DNA from: Candidatus Latescibacterota bacterium | GTDB taxonomy: Bacteria > Latescibacterota > UBA2968 | Reading direction: 5' to 3' | Length of the DNA: 64,000 nucleotides | NCBI GenBank assembly: GCA_965222605.1 | Contig: OZ244960.1 | Coordinates: 1,344,001-1,408,000 of the forward strand | Shown here: one piece after another, positions 20,722 through 29,997 of the stretch | Layout: every line of letters starts with the position of its first letter | How positions within the stretch are numbered: position 1 is the first letter of the stretch | Notes under the pieces: generated by a model | What the model was told of the DNA's origin: nothing | Databases searched by the model: none | What the model saw: only the letters and a program-made list of their open reading frames with translations | Program-made: the position numbers and the translations under genes

Positions 20722-21135
20722 ATGGGCAAAGGGTTATTACTCATCTTCGCGCTTTTCTTCGCGAGTTCACCTTCATGGAGTGCGGAATCTCAGCCCGATT
20801 CTCTCTCATTGGACCGCCGCGTGCGCGGTGCGGTCTTGCGGTCTATCGCGCTGCCTGGTTGGGGACAATTTTACAATGGCAAGCGCGTAAAAGGCAGTAT
20901 AATTGCGACCGCCGAGGTAGCTTCGGCTATCGCATGGGTGGTGCGTCGCAAACAAATCAAAGATCAAGGTACTCAGGAGCGGAACCTGTACCTCTTCTCG
21001 ACCATTGGAATTGTGCTCTATAGCGTGGCGGATGCTTATGTAGATGCCCATCTCAGTCGGGTAGATTGGGCTGAAGTGGAAGCGGGTATTGGTGAAAATG
21101 GCACAGCAAAATTTCGGTTAAAGTTTAAGTTTTGA
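20722..21135 (+). CDS. small membrane protein, DUF5683-like
   Basis: signal peptide; RSIALPGWGQFYN, DAYVDAHL. Confidence 0.7.
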   Translation: MGKGLLLIFALFFASSPSWSAESQPDSLSLDRRVRGAVLRSIALPGWGQFYNGKRVKGSIIATAEVASAIAWVVRRKQIKDQGTQERNLYLFSTIGIVLYSVADAYVDAHLSRVDWAEVEAGIGENGTAKFRLKFKF

Positions 21136-21149
21136 TGGCATTACGTCCC

Positions 21150-22121
21150 TTAGACATACCGGATATTCTTCCCCAAAGTCGCCACCATCTCGCCACTTGA
21201 TACCATTGGCAGCAAATTCTCCGACCAGAAAATCGATTCCTCTGGCGCGCGCAATGTCTCGAGCACAGTGCCAAATGGATCGGTAATATCTGCAACGGGA
21301 TCGCCCTTTTGCAAATGATCGTAGTGTTGCGCGTGAAACTCTATAAATCCCCCTCGATTGGCCAACACCGTCAAAAACCCATCCACCACCACTTGCTTCT
21401 TGGGTATAAACGGCTCGCCCGGTATGACCCCGTAATACTTCAACACATTCTCAACACCCGTAATACCCTTTTGAATGCTCTCTCTATCCCAGCCGAGACA
21501 CCCACCGAGTTCGGGGTCAATCGTCGGGATCCCCTCATCGGGTGCAGATCGCGCGAGTTGACCTGCGGGACCGCGCTGGTCGAGAATATAGCCAATGCCA
21601 AACACCTGAGCCATCTCCATACACGCGCGATGAATGCGCTTGCGCCGATCCACGCGCACGCGCACCTCGTCAATCATTGGTCGGCGCCCCCCCTGGTGCA
21701 AATCAACACAATAATCGGACTGCAACACCGCATTGTGAAATAACCGATAGGCAATGCGCTCGCTCGACGTGCCATCTTTCCGCCCGGGAAAACACCGATT
21801 CATCTTTTTTTCATCCACCGGACTAAATGCCTGATGCGCGTGAAACGCGTGGAAATTGACAATCAACACCGCAATAACCCGCCCGCTCATCACAGTCGGG
21901 TCCAGCCGCTTCAACACCTGCCGAATCACGCTGATGCCATTTAACTCATCCCCATCGCTAATCGCCTGTAAATAAAACGTTGGACCTTCCTGAGCACCAC
22001 TGACCAGGGATACCGGAACACGCACAGGCGACCCATCCTGCATCTCGGCCACCTTCAAATAGCCATCCGTGCGCTGCCCCGGCTCAGCCCGAAGATGTTC
22101 AACGCGAAGCAATTCACCCAT
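21150..22121 (-). CDS. succinylglutamate desuccinylase/aspartoacylase family protein
   Basis: DGDELNG, MNRCFPG, DLHQG, PELGG. Confidence 0.85.
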   Translation of the reverse strand: MGELLRVEHLRAEPGQRTDGYLKVAEMQDGSPVRVPVSLVSGAQEGPTFYLQAISDGDELNGISVIRQVLKRLDPTVMSGRVIAVLIVNFHAFHAHQAFSPVDEKKMNRCFPGRKDGTSSERIAYRLFHNAVLQSDYCVDLHQGGRRPMIDEVRVRVDRRKRIHRACMEMAQVFGIGYILDQRGPAGQLARSAPDEGIPTIDPELGGCLGWDRESIQKGITGVENVLKYYGVIPGEPFIPKKQVVVDGFLTVLANRGGFIEFHAQHYDHLQKGDPVADITDPFGTVLETLRAPEESIFWSENLLPMVSSGEMVATLGKNIRYV

Positions 22122-22269
22122 AATATTTATTGCTCCTCAAAAAAGCCTAATGCCTCTTTAATTCTCCGTGTAAAAAAACGAGTGAAACCATGTGATGTCA
22201 ACCGAAAAGAACCTGATATTTTTTTGTTTAAATTTGACAACTGTCATGTGGCGCATTACATTAAAAATT

Positions 22270-22586
22270 ATGACTATCCCCAACATCCACAAACGCGAAA
22301 TCCCGCCAACGCATCCCGGCGAGATGCTCCGAGAAGATTTCATGACCGATTATCATTTGACCCCAACCTCTCTTGCCTCTGCTCTGGGCGTTTCGCGTCA
22401 GACAGTTCATGACTTATTAAAAGAAAAACGCGCTGTAACACCTCTTATGGCCCTTCGATTATCTCGTTTATTTGGCAATTCCCAGAATTTTGGTTGAAAG
22501 CACAGCAGGCAAGAGATCTGTGGGGATCTGAACAACAATATCTCGATGATCTCGATCACATTCATCCGCTTACACCGCAGTATTGA
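22270..22586 (+). pseudogene. higA: HigA-family antitoxin, frameshifted (or sequencing error)
   Basis: PTHPGEMLREDF, ALRLSRLFGNS; adding one C at ~22481 gives the canonical PEFWLKAQQARDLW ending at TGA 22586. Confidence 0.8.
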
Positions 22587-22595
22587 AGTAAATAT

Positions 22596-22631
22596 AAAAA
22601 GAGCCGATCCATTTCCTGATCGGCTCTTCTT
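22596..22631. terminator. bidirectional intrinsic terminator
   Basis: AAAAAGAGCCGATC...GATCGGCTCTTCTT between convergent genes. Confidence 0.75.
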
Positions 22632-22739
22632 GCGTTCAGCATTCAGCGGGCAGCCTCCCAACCAGCCCCCAGTCCCCAGCCCCCGCCTTTCATCTACGCG
22701 GGCTTCACCAGCGTATCGCCTCAGAAATTTTTTAACGCA

Positions 22740-24986
22740 TCAAAACGCAAATCCGACTGCGGTATAAATCCGGATATCTTTTTTTTCTGTGCTCACAATA
22801 TCAATGCGAATGGGGCCAAAAATCTTTGTGTTGATATAACCACCAATACCAAAACCGTGAATACGGGTATTTGGCTGATCCGTCTTGGGAGGCCTGTACA
22901 GACCGCCCTGATAGAAAATGCCAACAGCACTGCGCGGTATGGATTCCCAAAATTTCAGGTGGCTCCAAATAGAAATCCCCGCCGATACGAACCTGGAAGC
23001 TGCCAGTTCATCTCGTTTGAGACCGACAACGCGCAATGCCGCGTTACTAAAGTGTCCTGCACCGCCTAATAAGAAATTTTCATCAGCCGGTGCAGGCTGT
23101 GTCACATAGCCTCCGTGAGACCAGAGGCCCACACTCAATTGCGGATGGGGGCTGGCGAAGTACGCGAGTTGTGTTTGCACCTGCTTGTGTGAAAATGTCC
23201 GATGAACCCATTTCCCCCAGGTTTGAAAATAGACGCCGTGTCTCGGCATAAACACATCGTCTCGCGTGTCAATACCTGCAGATAACCAAAAGGCGGGTAG
23301 ATAGTCAGACGCATAGTCTATTGAATAGACCTCATTGCGAATGAGCATATGCTCAACTTGATACCCCACGTTGAAACCTCCCCAACTGTGGAACAAAACC
23401 TGCATGCCCAATCGCGCGCGAAGACGCCTCTCATTATACGTATCCTGGGGTTGCTCATCAGAATCAATATAAGCCACCCGATCTTGATTCCAGCCTTGAA
23501 TCTCCCCGAGAAAACTCAGGCCCTTAAATGAGCGAAAAATTAAATTCATTTCAGCAAAATTCATAGTAGTGCCCAACAGGCCGCGCAAATAAAACTCTAC
23601 TACGCGGTCATAAACATTTTGATGTACAAGCTCGGCCAATGCCGAAACTCCAAAATCGTTGTCGTAACGAAGTCCCATTTTCAACTCACTGGGATGGGTT
23701 TCAAGCACCTGAAAAACCAATTCGGTATAGTCTTCATGGTAGAGAACCTGGTAATCCACTGTTTGAAATAATCCGGTCGCATATAACCGGCCAGATTCGT
23801 TTTCCAGTTCCCGAAACGATGTCGGCTTATTGATGAACTTTTCCAACCGTGCAATGGAAATACCTCTTGTGTAGCGCTCTAAACCCTCAATCCGAACCCG
23901 ATCAATCACAATATCCGATGGTATATCCGCCCAGGTTCTAAAATCAAAATCATCTGGCAATATCGACGGTCTCGACTTTTCAACGCGCTTTGAAATTCCG
24001 TGCTCTTGCAGAGCCTTCCTGATCTCATCTATATGTTTTTCGGCTTCTTTTTCACCAATCGGGATCACTGTATGTGACCGATTAAAATTGCCGCTATCAA
24101 ATCCTTTTAAATCGGGCACCATCAACACATGGGCGAGTTTTCGATGTGCCATTTTTTTTTCTTCAATTCGAAAACTAACAGCCTGATCGATAACGTCGAT
24201 AAAATCTTCAAATTCGTGCTTTTGAGTGCGCAAAGGCGTGGCACAATCCACGGCAATCACAAAATCAGCGCCAGCATCTAATGCGACATCTACAGGCAGA
24301 TTATTGACAATGCCGCCATCTACGAGAAGGGTTTGTTCTGTACTCACTGGCACAAATATCCCTGGGATAGAAATACTCGCTCTGATTGCCGTGCCGAGCG
24401 AGCCATTTTTAAGCACGACTTGTTCGCCAGCTACAATATCTGTTGCAATTGCGCGAAAAGGCGTTGGAAGCCGATCAAAATCGTTTCGCGCCCGATAAGT
24501 TGCGCCAATGGTCAATTGATAGAGAAAATGCTGGATTTTTTTTCCGGCAAAAATTCCATAAGGCAATTTTAGATCGAATTTATCAAGGCGCAATGCAAGC
24601 ATCTGGCGATCAACTATTGGTTTGCGATGCAAATTCAACAGACGGCGGTCAGGGCTATTGCGGGTCATTTCCGACCAGTCTGTTTCTACAACAATGCGTT
24701 CGAGATCATCAACAGAGTATCCGGCAGCGTACAATCCTCCCACCAGAGCGCCATAACTCGCGCCCACGATCAAATCAATGGGTATGCCTTCGCGCTCGAG
24801 CACGCGCAACACGCCGATATGTACCCCTCCACGCGCGCCTCCCCCACTGAGCACCAGTGCGACCTGGGGCCTTTGTTTTGCAAAAGAAGGAAGCGTGATA
24901 GACAGGGCAAAACCAAAACAAAAAACAAAAACAAATAGGCTTTGAACTATGCCGCATTTTGTTGCGTATAACTTTTTGTCCGTCAT
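22740..24986 (-). CDS. patatin-like phospholipase with POTRA and C-terminal outer-membrane beta-barrel (PlpD-like)
   Basis: signal peptide, LSGGGARG, GASYG, DGG, barrel ending in F (VGFAF). Confidence 0.85.
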   Translation of the reverse strand: MTDKKLYATKCGIVQSLFVFVFCFGFALSITLPSFAKQRPQVALVLSGGGARGGVHIGVLRVLEREGIPIDLIVGASYGALVGGLYAAGYSVDDLERIVVETDWSEMTRNSPDRRLLNLHRKPIVDRQMLALRLDKFDLKLPYGIFAGKKIQHFLYQLTIGATYRARNDFDRLPTPFRAIATDIVAGEQVVLKNGSLGTAIRASISIPGIFVPVSTEQTLLVDGGIVNNLPVDVALDAGADFVIAVDCATPLRTQKHEFEDFIDVIDQAVSFRIEEKKMAHRKLAHVLMVPDLKGFDSGNFNRSHTVIPIGEKEAEKHIDEIRKALQEHGISKRVEKSRPSILPDDFDFRTWADIPSDIVIDRVRIEGLERYTRGISIARLEKFINKPTSFRELENESGRLYATGLFQTVDYQVLYHEDYTELVFQVLETHPSELKMGLRYDNDFGVSALAELVHQNVYDRVVEFYLRGLLGTTMNFAEMNLIFRSFKGLSFLGEIQGWNQDRVAYIDSDEQPQDTYNERRLRARLGMQVLFHSWGGFNVGYQVEHMLIRNEVYSIDYASDYLPAFWLSAGIDTRDDVFMPRHGVYFQTWGKWVHRTFSHKQVQTQLAYFASPHPQLSVGLWSHGGYVTQPAPADENFLLGGAGHFSNAALRVVGLKRDELAASRFVSAGISIWSHLKFWESIPRSAVGIFYQGGLYRPPKTDQPNTRIHGFGIGGYINTKIFGPIRIDIVSTEKKDIRIYTAVGFAF

Positions 24987-25012
24987 CTGGTTTTCTCGGC
25001 TTTGAAAGATTG

Positions 25013-25045
25013 AAAAGAGCCAATCCATTTCCGGGTCGGCTCTTT
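25013..25045 (-). terminator. intrinsic terminator of the DUF1080 gene; near copy of 22596-22631
   Basis: AAAAGAGCCAATCCATTTCCGGGTCGGCTCTTT. Confidence 0.65.
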
Positions 25046-25073
25046 AATTTATGACACCAATAATAGACCCTCT

Positions 25074-25820
25074 CTAACCCTCATCATAATCAGTCAATGG
25101 ACGGATCCAGATATTGCGATAGCGCACTGGATCGCCGTGATCTTGCAGCATCAACGGCCCGGTAGGCCCGTGCGGCGTGTCATAAGACGACACATTTCTG
25201 TGCCCGGTCGGTCCCATAGCCTCTTTGCGGTTGTGCAGCACAACACCGTTCAAAAACACCGTCAAATACGCGGGCTTCACCAGCGTATCGCCATCGTATT
25301 CCGGTGTTTCAAAAACAATATCATAAGCCTGCCACTCACCCGGTGGGCGCGTCGCATTCACCAGCGGTGGAAACTGACTGTAAATCGCGCCTGTTGTGCC
25401 ATCGGAATACGTCGGATTGTCATATCCATCCAGCACCTGCACCTCGTACTTTCCGATCAAAAACACACCGCTATTTCCCCGCCCCTGACTGCTGCCGCGC
25501 ACTTCTGAAGGACAAGCAAATTCTATGTGCAACTGCGCGCTATCAAACTCATCTTTTGTCCGGATATTCCCCGTTCGAGGATTCACCTCTACATACCCAT
25601 TCTCCACTGTCCAGGTCGGATCCCCACCATCGAGACTCTGCCAACTGGACAAATCTGTACCATCAAACAGCACCACGGCATCCGATGGTGCATCACCTGC
25701 ATTGGCACCCGGCGTCACCACGCGCGGAGCTGGACGATTCTTATCGTGGACGCGCCACGGTTGATTGGGCAACATCGGCGTATCGTCATACCCCACCGGC
25801 GTGTGTTTTTCTGCTGCCAT
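25074..25820 (-). CDS. DUF1080 / 3-keto-disaccharide hydrolase family protein
   Basis: LFDGTDL, RGNSGVF, YEVQVLD, LQDHGDPVRYRNIWIR. Confidence 0.9.
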   Translation of the reverse strand: MAAEKHTPVGYDDTPMLPNQPWRVHDKNRPAPRVVTPGANAGDAPSDAVVLFDGTDLSSWQSLDGGDPTWTVENGYVEVNPRTGNIRTKDEFDSAQLHIEFACPSEVRGSSQGRGNSGVFLIGKYEVQVLDGYDNPTYSDGTTGAIYSQFPPLVNATRPPGEWQAYDIVFETPEYDGDTLVKPAYLTVFLNGVVLHNRKEAMGPTGHRNVSSYDTPHGPTGPLMLQDHGDPVRYRNIWIRPLTDYDEG

Positions 25821-25955
25821 TTTGTTTCCTTTCTAAAATGAAGTGGACATTTTATCGTAAAGCCATGATCATAAAAATACAGGAACGTGTCAAGCGGGAT
25901 TGCAAATATCAATCATGATCTGTCAAAAAAATCTGCTAACATTTTTCCTGATAGA

Positions 25956-26030
25956 CTGGATTGCGGCTAAAACCCTGCCGCAATGACAACCGTCGTTCGT
26001 CACGCCTGCATGTTTTAAGCAGGCGTCCAG
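25956..26030. repeat. inverted pair of REP-like palindromes
   Basis: CTGGATTGCGGC..GCCGCAATGAC (25956-25987) and GTCACGCCTGC..GCAGGCGTCCAG (25999-26030); third copy at 37159-37191. Confidence 0.7.
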
Positions 26031-26187
26031 TGGATTCAGTCAAGAAACTTATTTGACAAACCAATCAAGCTCGCAATTTATCACCCAAAAAACCATAAAA
26101 TGAATCATAAACCCGTATTTACCTGTCCATATATTGAGACACCCAAAATAATTTGGTTTATTGCCCAAACGTACGTAAGGAAAAATC

Positions 26188-27162
26188 ATGACAATTCTCC
26201 GCACAGAACAAAACGTTCCATCTCTACCCAAACCCAACCAGTGTCGCGTTGTGTACTCCGATGAAATCCCGCCCGTTGAATTAATTACCGCAACATTTGT
26301 ATATGCGTTCGACGGAGATCGCTTGCTCATGACACATCTCAAATCGCGCGGCTGGGACCTGCCCGGCGGCCATGTTGAACCTGGTGAAACGCCTGATCGC
26401 GCCGCTCGTCGAGAAGTCTATGAAGAAACAGGTGCCCGTTTAAATCAGATGGACGTTTTTGCCCATATCCACATGCACATTGACGGGCCTAAACCCGGTG
26501 ATTATGCTTACCCTTATCCCGATTCCTATATGGTCTTTTACTGGGCACATATTGACACACTTGAAAATTTTAAAGAAACCGACGAAGTACGCGAACGCGA
26601 TCTATTTTTTCCAGAACAAGCGCGGCAAACTCATTATATCACGAACAACCGTGAACTCTATCGCGCTGCATTTGAATGCGCCGTTGACCTGACCCCTAAA
26701 CCCGAAGCCCCATGGAAACACAAAGCCTTTGCCCTCATCCTTCGTCCAGATAATTTGGGATACAAACTCCTCGCTCTTCACTTTGACGACACACCTGCGA
26801 TGCCCCTGCGTTTTTCCGGCGGAAATTTGGATTCGGGCGAAACACCAGAAGAAGCTATGTATCGCGAACTCTATGAAGAATCGGGCCTGGGACGCTTAAA
26901 AATCCTTCGCAAACTCGGCATTCACCATTATTACAAATACTACATCCAATCCAATGTCGAACGGCATGACTATCTACTCCTCGCCTCGCGCAACACCCCC
27001 GACCAATGGTCTCATGTTGTCACAGGAGAGGACGCCGACGCCGATTACACCTTCAACTACCAATGGATAGGAGCAGACGATATCGATTGCCTCTCCGACG
27101 AACTCAACACATTTGTCACACCCGAACATATTCCCGAACTGTTTAATAATAAATCCCGCTGA
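26188..27162 (+). CDS. tandem (double-domain) Nudix hydrolase
   Basis: two Nudix boxes: [23 protein letters not shown] and [23 protein letters not shown]. Confidence 0.85.
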   Translation: MTILRTEQNVPSLPKPNQCRVVYSDEIPPVELITATFVYAFDGDRLLMTHLKSRGWDLPGGHVEPGETPDRAARREVYEETGARLNQMDVFAHIHMHIDGPKPGDYAYPYPDSYMVFYWAHIDTLENFKETDEVRERDLFFPEQARQTHYITNNRELYRAAFECAVDLTPKPEAPWKHKAFALILRPDNLGYKLLALHFDDTPAMPLRFSGGNLDSGETPEEAMYRELYEESGLGRLKILRKLGIHHYYKYYIQSNVERHDYLLLASRNTPDQWSHVVTGEDADADYTFNYQWIGADDIDCLSDELNTFVTPEHIPELFNNKSR

Positions 27163-27931
27163 TATCCCACCCAAAGACAGACACATCCACCCATCCCGTA
27201 CCGGTCACCCCCCCTGTATTGATCTCAACACCCTCGCATTCCAGCAACACCCGCTGATTATCCACATGCGGAGTCAAACACCCTTTTGAATCCAAAATGC
27301 GATGCAGGGGATACGTCTGGCCCGCCACGCGCTTCATATAGGTGGGCAACACGCGGTAATGCGAATGCGACACCCCTAGAACATCTACAATCTGCTTATA
27401 CGTCATCACCTTCCCAAAGGGAATCTGCTTTACAACCCACAAAAATCGATCAGAGGTGCGATCGGACACAGGATCATAACGCCTGGACAAAACCCTGACC
27501 GGATCGCCTTCACAAACTATACCGCCGGTCAACACCACTGCCAAAAACCCTCTCTGATTCTCCAACGACTGGATCGGCTTCACTCCCAACGTCCCGATAT
27601 ACTTGCACACCTCGCAATGATACGTCAGCCGAACTGTAGCGGAATCGCCGAGTTGCAACACCGAACCCGATGGCAAATCGTCCAGCGACAACCCCGCGAC
27701 GACGACATTCTCTCGCAAATCACCCGGCTGCAACTTGAACTCCTGCAGAGTCTCCATCGCAACCAAAAGCACCTGCCGTGGACCAACGCCACCTGCATTC
27801 GCATCGCCTTCAATGCCAAACCGAGCACGCAGCAAAAATTTACCATCACTCGGTTTGGACAAAGGCAACCCCTTCTCTATCTTCATAAACAGAGATATGA
27901 CGCGCCCCTGTGTATTTTGCGCTTTTTCCAT
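27143..27931 (-). CDS. MOSC domain fused to alkyltransferase-like (ATL/MGMT) DNA-binding domain
   Basis: GIEGD, RQVLL, ENVVV, HCEVC, RGFLAVV (MOSC); [26 protein letters not shown] (ATL). Confidence 0.75.
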   Translation of the reverse strand: MEKAQNTQGRVISLFMKIEKGLPLSKPSDGKFLLRARFGIEGDANAGGVGPRQVLLVAMETLQEFKLQPGDLRENVVVAGLSLDDLPSGSVLQLGDSATVRLTYHCEVCKYIGTLGVKPIQSLENQRGFLAVVLTGGIVCEGDPVRVLSRRYDPVSDRTSDRFLWVVKQIPFGKVMTYKQIVDVLGVSHSHYRVLPTYMKRVAGQTYPLHRILDSKGCLTPHVDNQRVLLECEGVEINTGGVTGTGWVDVSVFGWDISGIYY

Positions 27932-28452
27932 AACAAAGCCGACCCGCCTCTACCTCGACATCCATCCGTACGCAACTCGTGCCACCTCTTCCATCACGGG
28001 TTCATCGGTATTGCGCCGTTTCAGGATCTTAAAACCGTGATCCGCGGTATCCACCACATGAAGCGTCGCATTCTTCAGATTATCCACCACCGGCTGCAAC
28101 AGTTCTAAATTCGCCATCTTATCCCGCTGACCCGATAAAAACAGCATCGGCACGCGTACATCCCTCAAATGCTCGGCGCGCTCTGTACTTGGCTTACTCG
28201 AATACAGCGGAAAAGCGAAAAACACAATACCCTCCAGCCCGTCAACAGGTTCTTCGGCACAAGCCATCGATACCATCCGCCCGCTCATCGAATGCCCGCC
28301 AGCAAAAACCGGCAACCCGCGCGCCTGCTTCATCCCCATCTCTATAGCCGCACGCACAGTAGCCAACCGCACCTTCTCGCCATCCATACCACCACCGCCC
28401 CTCTCGGAATAGGGATAATTGAAGCGCAAAGTCGCAATCCCTACATCATTCA

Positions 28453-28650
28453 ACGCATCGCTCAGTTCCTGCGTGACTACTCCCAACGATAGAGCAGTTG
28501 GGCTTCTTGGCGGTTAGGTCGCCTGACGTTGTAGCCCCAACGTCAAAATGTTTATGGCAGCATTGAGGTCTCTGTCTGCTGTATAGCCACACGCCTTGCA
28601 ATTGTGTACACGATCAGAGAGTGCTTTTTTCTCTCTATGTCCGCATGCCG
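28453..28650 (-). ncRNA. predicted TnpB omegaRNA (scaffold over the tnpB 3' end and right end; guide from the flank, GCAGGAACTGAGCGATGCGT)
   Basis: inferred from known TnpB biology; right-end boundary at 28473 is seen, 5' limit is approximate. Confidence 0.5.
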
Positions 28651-29638
28651 AGCAATCTTGTGAGGTGTATTCAGGATTGACAGCCTTGAATCCAATACCA
28701 GCCTCTTCCGCTTTGTATTCGAGACAGTGCCGAAACAGTGACCATGCTACGTCTGCTATTGATTTAGACAATCGCCTGTTCTTTTGCATCTTTTTTACTT
28801 TCAATTTCTCGACGGCTATGAAGCCGTGACGATTGACAATTTTTCTTGATTCTTGATGGGCAAAGTTATATCGCTTATTACGGATACGCTCATGCACTCT
28901 GGCAATGACTTTACGACGCTTTTCTCTTACGGCGTCGGTCTTAGGTCTTTTTTTCACCGCGTCCCATTTGTGCTGTGCTTTGGCAAGCGTTTTTTGCTCT
29001 TTTCTAAAGAATCGCTGGTTGGCTATTGTCTGTCCGTCACTGGTGATAGCAAAGGAATTGAGACCCACGTCAATGCCAACGGCAGAGCCAGCGTCTGCTT
29101 TCTTACTTATGTCGCCTATATCGCAAGAGATAGTAGCGAACCACTTGCCCGTGGCTGTGCGCGTGACGGTGCAAGACTTAGGCATACCCTCAAGTGGCCT
29201 GTGCTGGACAATGCGAATACAGCCTATTTTGCCTAATCGCAAGCCCTTATCGTCCAATCGGCATCCATTGGAAAACTGAGGATAGGTGATAGAATCATAG
29301 CGATTTTGACCCTTGTATCTGGGAAAGCCTGCTTTCTCGCCCGTCTTTGCACGCTCTTTGAGACGACGAAAGAATGCTTTGAATGCCCAATCTACTCTTG
29401 TGGACACCTGTTGCAATACCTGACTATATACTTGCTTGAATGCAAGATGCTGCTGCTTCAGCAATGGTATTGTTTTGGTCTGTTCATAACGAGACAAACT
29501 TTCTTTATTCTTTTGCCATGCTTGGACTCTCGCACAGACAAGCTGGTTATATAGCAAGCGACATTCTTCAATATGTGCCAGCAAGATTTTCTCTTGCTTT
29601 TTCGTTGGGCGCAGTCTGTATTTGAAGGACTTAAGCAT
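28514..29638 (-). CDS. tnpB: RNA-guided endonuclease TnpB
   Basis: N-terminal KYRLRPT HTH, RuvC residues GIDVG, AVEKL and DRDLNAA, zinc finger CSAC/CKAC. Confidence 0.95.
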   Translation of the reverse strand: MLKSFKYRLRPTKKQEKILLAHIEECRLLYNQLVCARVQAWQKNKESLSRYEQTKTIPLLKQQHLAFKQVYSQVLQQVSTRVDWAFKAFFRRLKERAKTGEKAGFPRYKGQNRYDSITYPQFSNGCRLDDKGLRLGKIGCIRIVQHRPLEGMPKSCTVTRTATGKWFATISCDIGDISKKADAGSAVGIDVGLNSFAITSDGQTIANQRFFRKEQKTLAKAQHKWDAVKKRPKTDAVREKRRKVIARVHERIRNKRYNFAHQESRKIVNRHGFIAVEKLKVKKMQKNRRLSKSIADVAWSLFRHCLEYKAEEAGIGFKAVNPEYTSQDCSACGHREKKALSDRVHNCKACGYTADRDLNAAINILTLGLQRQAT

Positions 29639-29644
29639 AATAAA

Positions 29645-29673
29645 AATATATACTTATGAGCATATTTTGTCAA
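29645..29673 (-). promoter_or_regulatory. sigma70 promoter of tnpB, probably giving a leaderless mRNA
   Basis: TTGACA-17 bp-TATATT, then 6 nt to the ATG; no Shine-Dalgarno. Confidence 0.7.
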
Positions 29674-29997
29674 GCTATTTTTCGTAGAATTAACGGACGA
29701 ATCACAATGATGAAGTGCTGGCGCACTTGTACACCGCTCCACCGCCCATATCGCCTTGAGCGATATGCCCAATGCTAAAGCACCACACCATAAAACCAGA
29801 AGCCCTTCGCCATGCGGCCCACACCTGAAGGGTGAGGGTTTTACGGGCTGTTTGATAAAACGATGCCGCATATTCGTCCCCGACCCGTGCCCCAACACCA
29901 ATAATGCCTTTGCCCCGCGCGGTCGCGCGTACAAAGCCGACACATCACCCTTTTCTTCGGTCGCAATAAATTTCAACTCTCTGGATTCAACAGCCAT

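Larger units (their letters stand above)
28473..29854 (-). mobile_element. non-autonomous IS200/IS605-family element (tnpB only, IS1341-like), 1382 bp
   Basis: inserted 3' of TTTAT, ends in TCAC, no target-site duplication; subterminal hairpins at 29818-29838 and 28482-28502. Confidence 0.9.
27950..29997 (-). pseudogene. alpha/beta hydrolase (KANL3/Tex30-like) interrupted by an IS605-family element; fragments 29855-29997 and 27950-28472
   Basis: the joined fragments give an in-frame 221-aa protein (GHGSGTNMRHRF-M-QELSDAL) with GGHSMSG nucleophile elbow, GQRD and ADHGF. Confidence 0.9.

Noticed and set aside
28473-29854. IStron (group I intron-IS hybrid) interpretation
   Set aside because: Only ~215 bp precede tnpB, no group I core is recognisable, and the best-supported end is TCAC rather than a terminal G
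29458-29997. 179-aa ORF as a real gene
   Set aside because: It is a chimera of the hydrolase N-terminus reading into the IS left end
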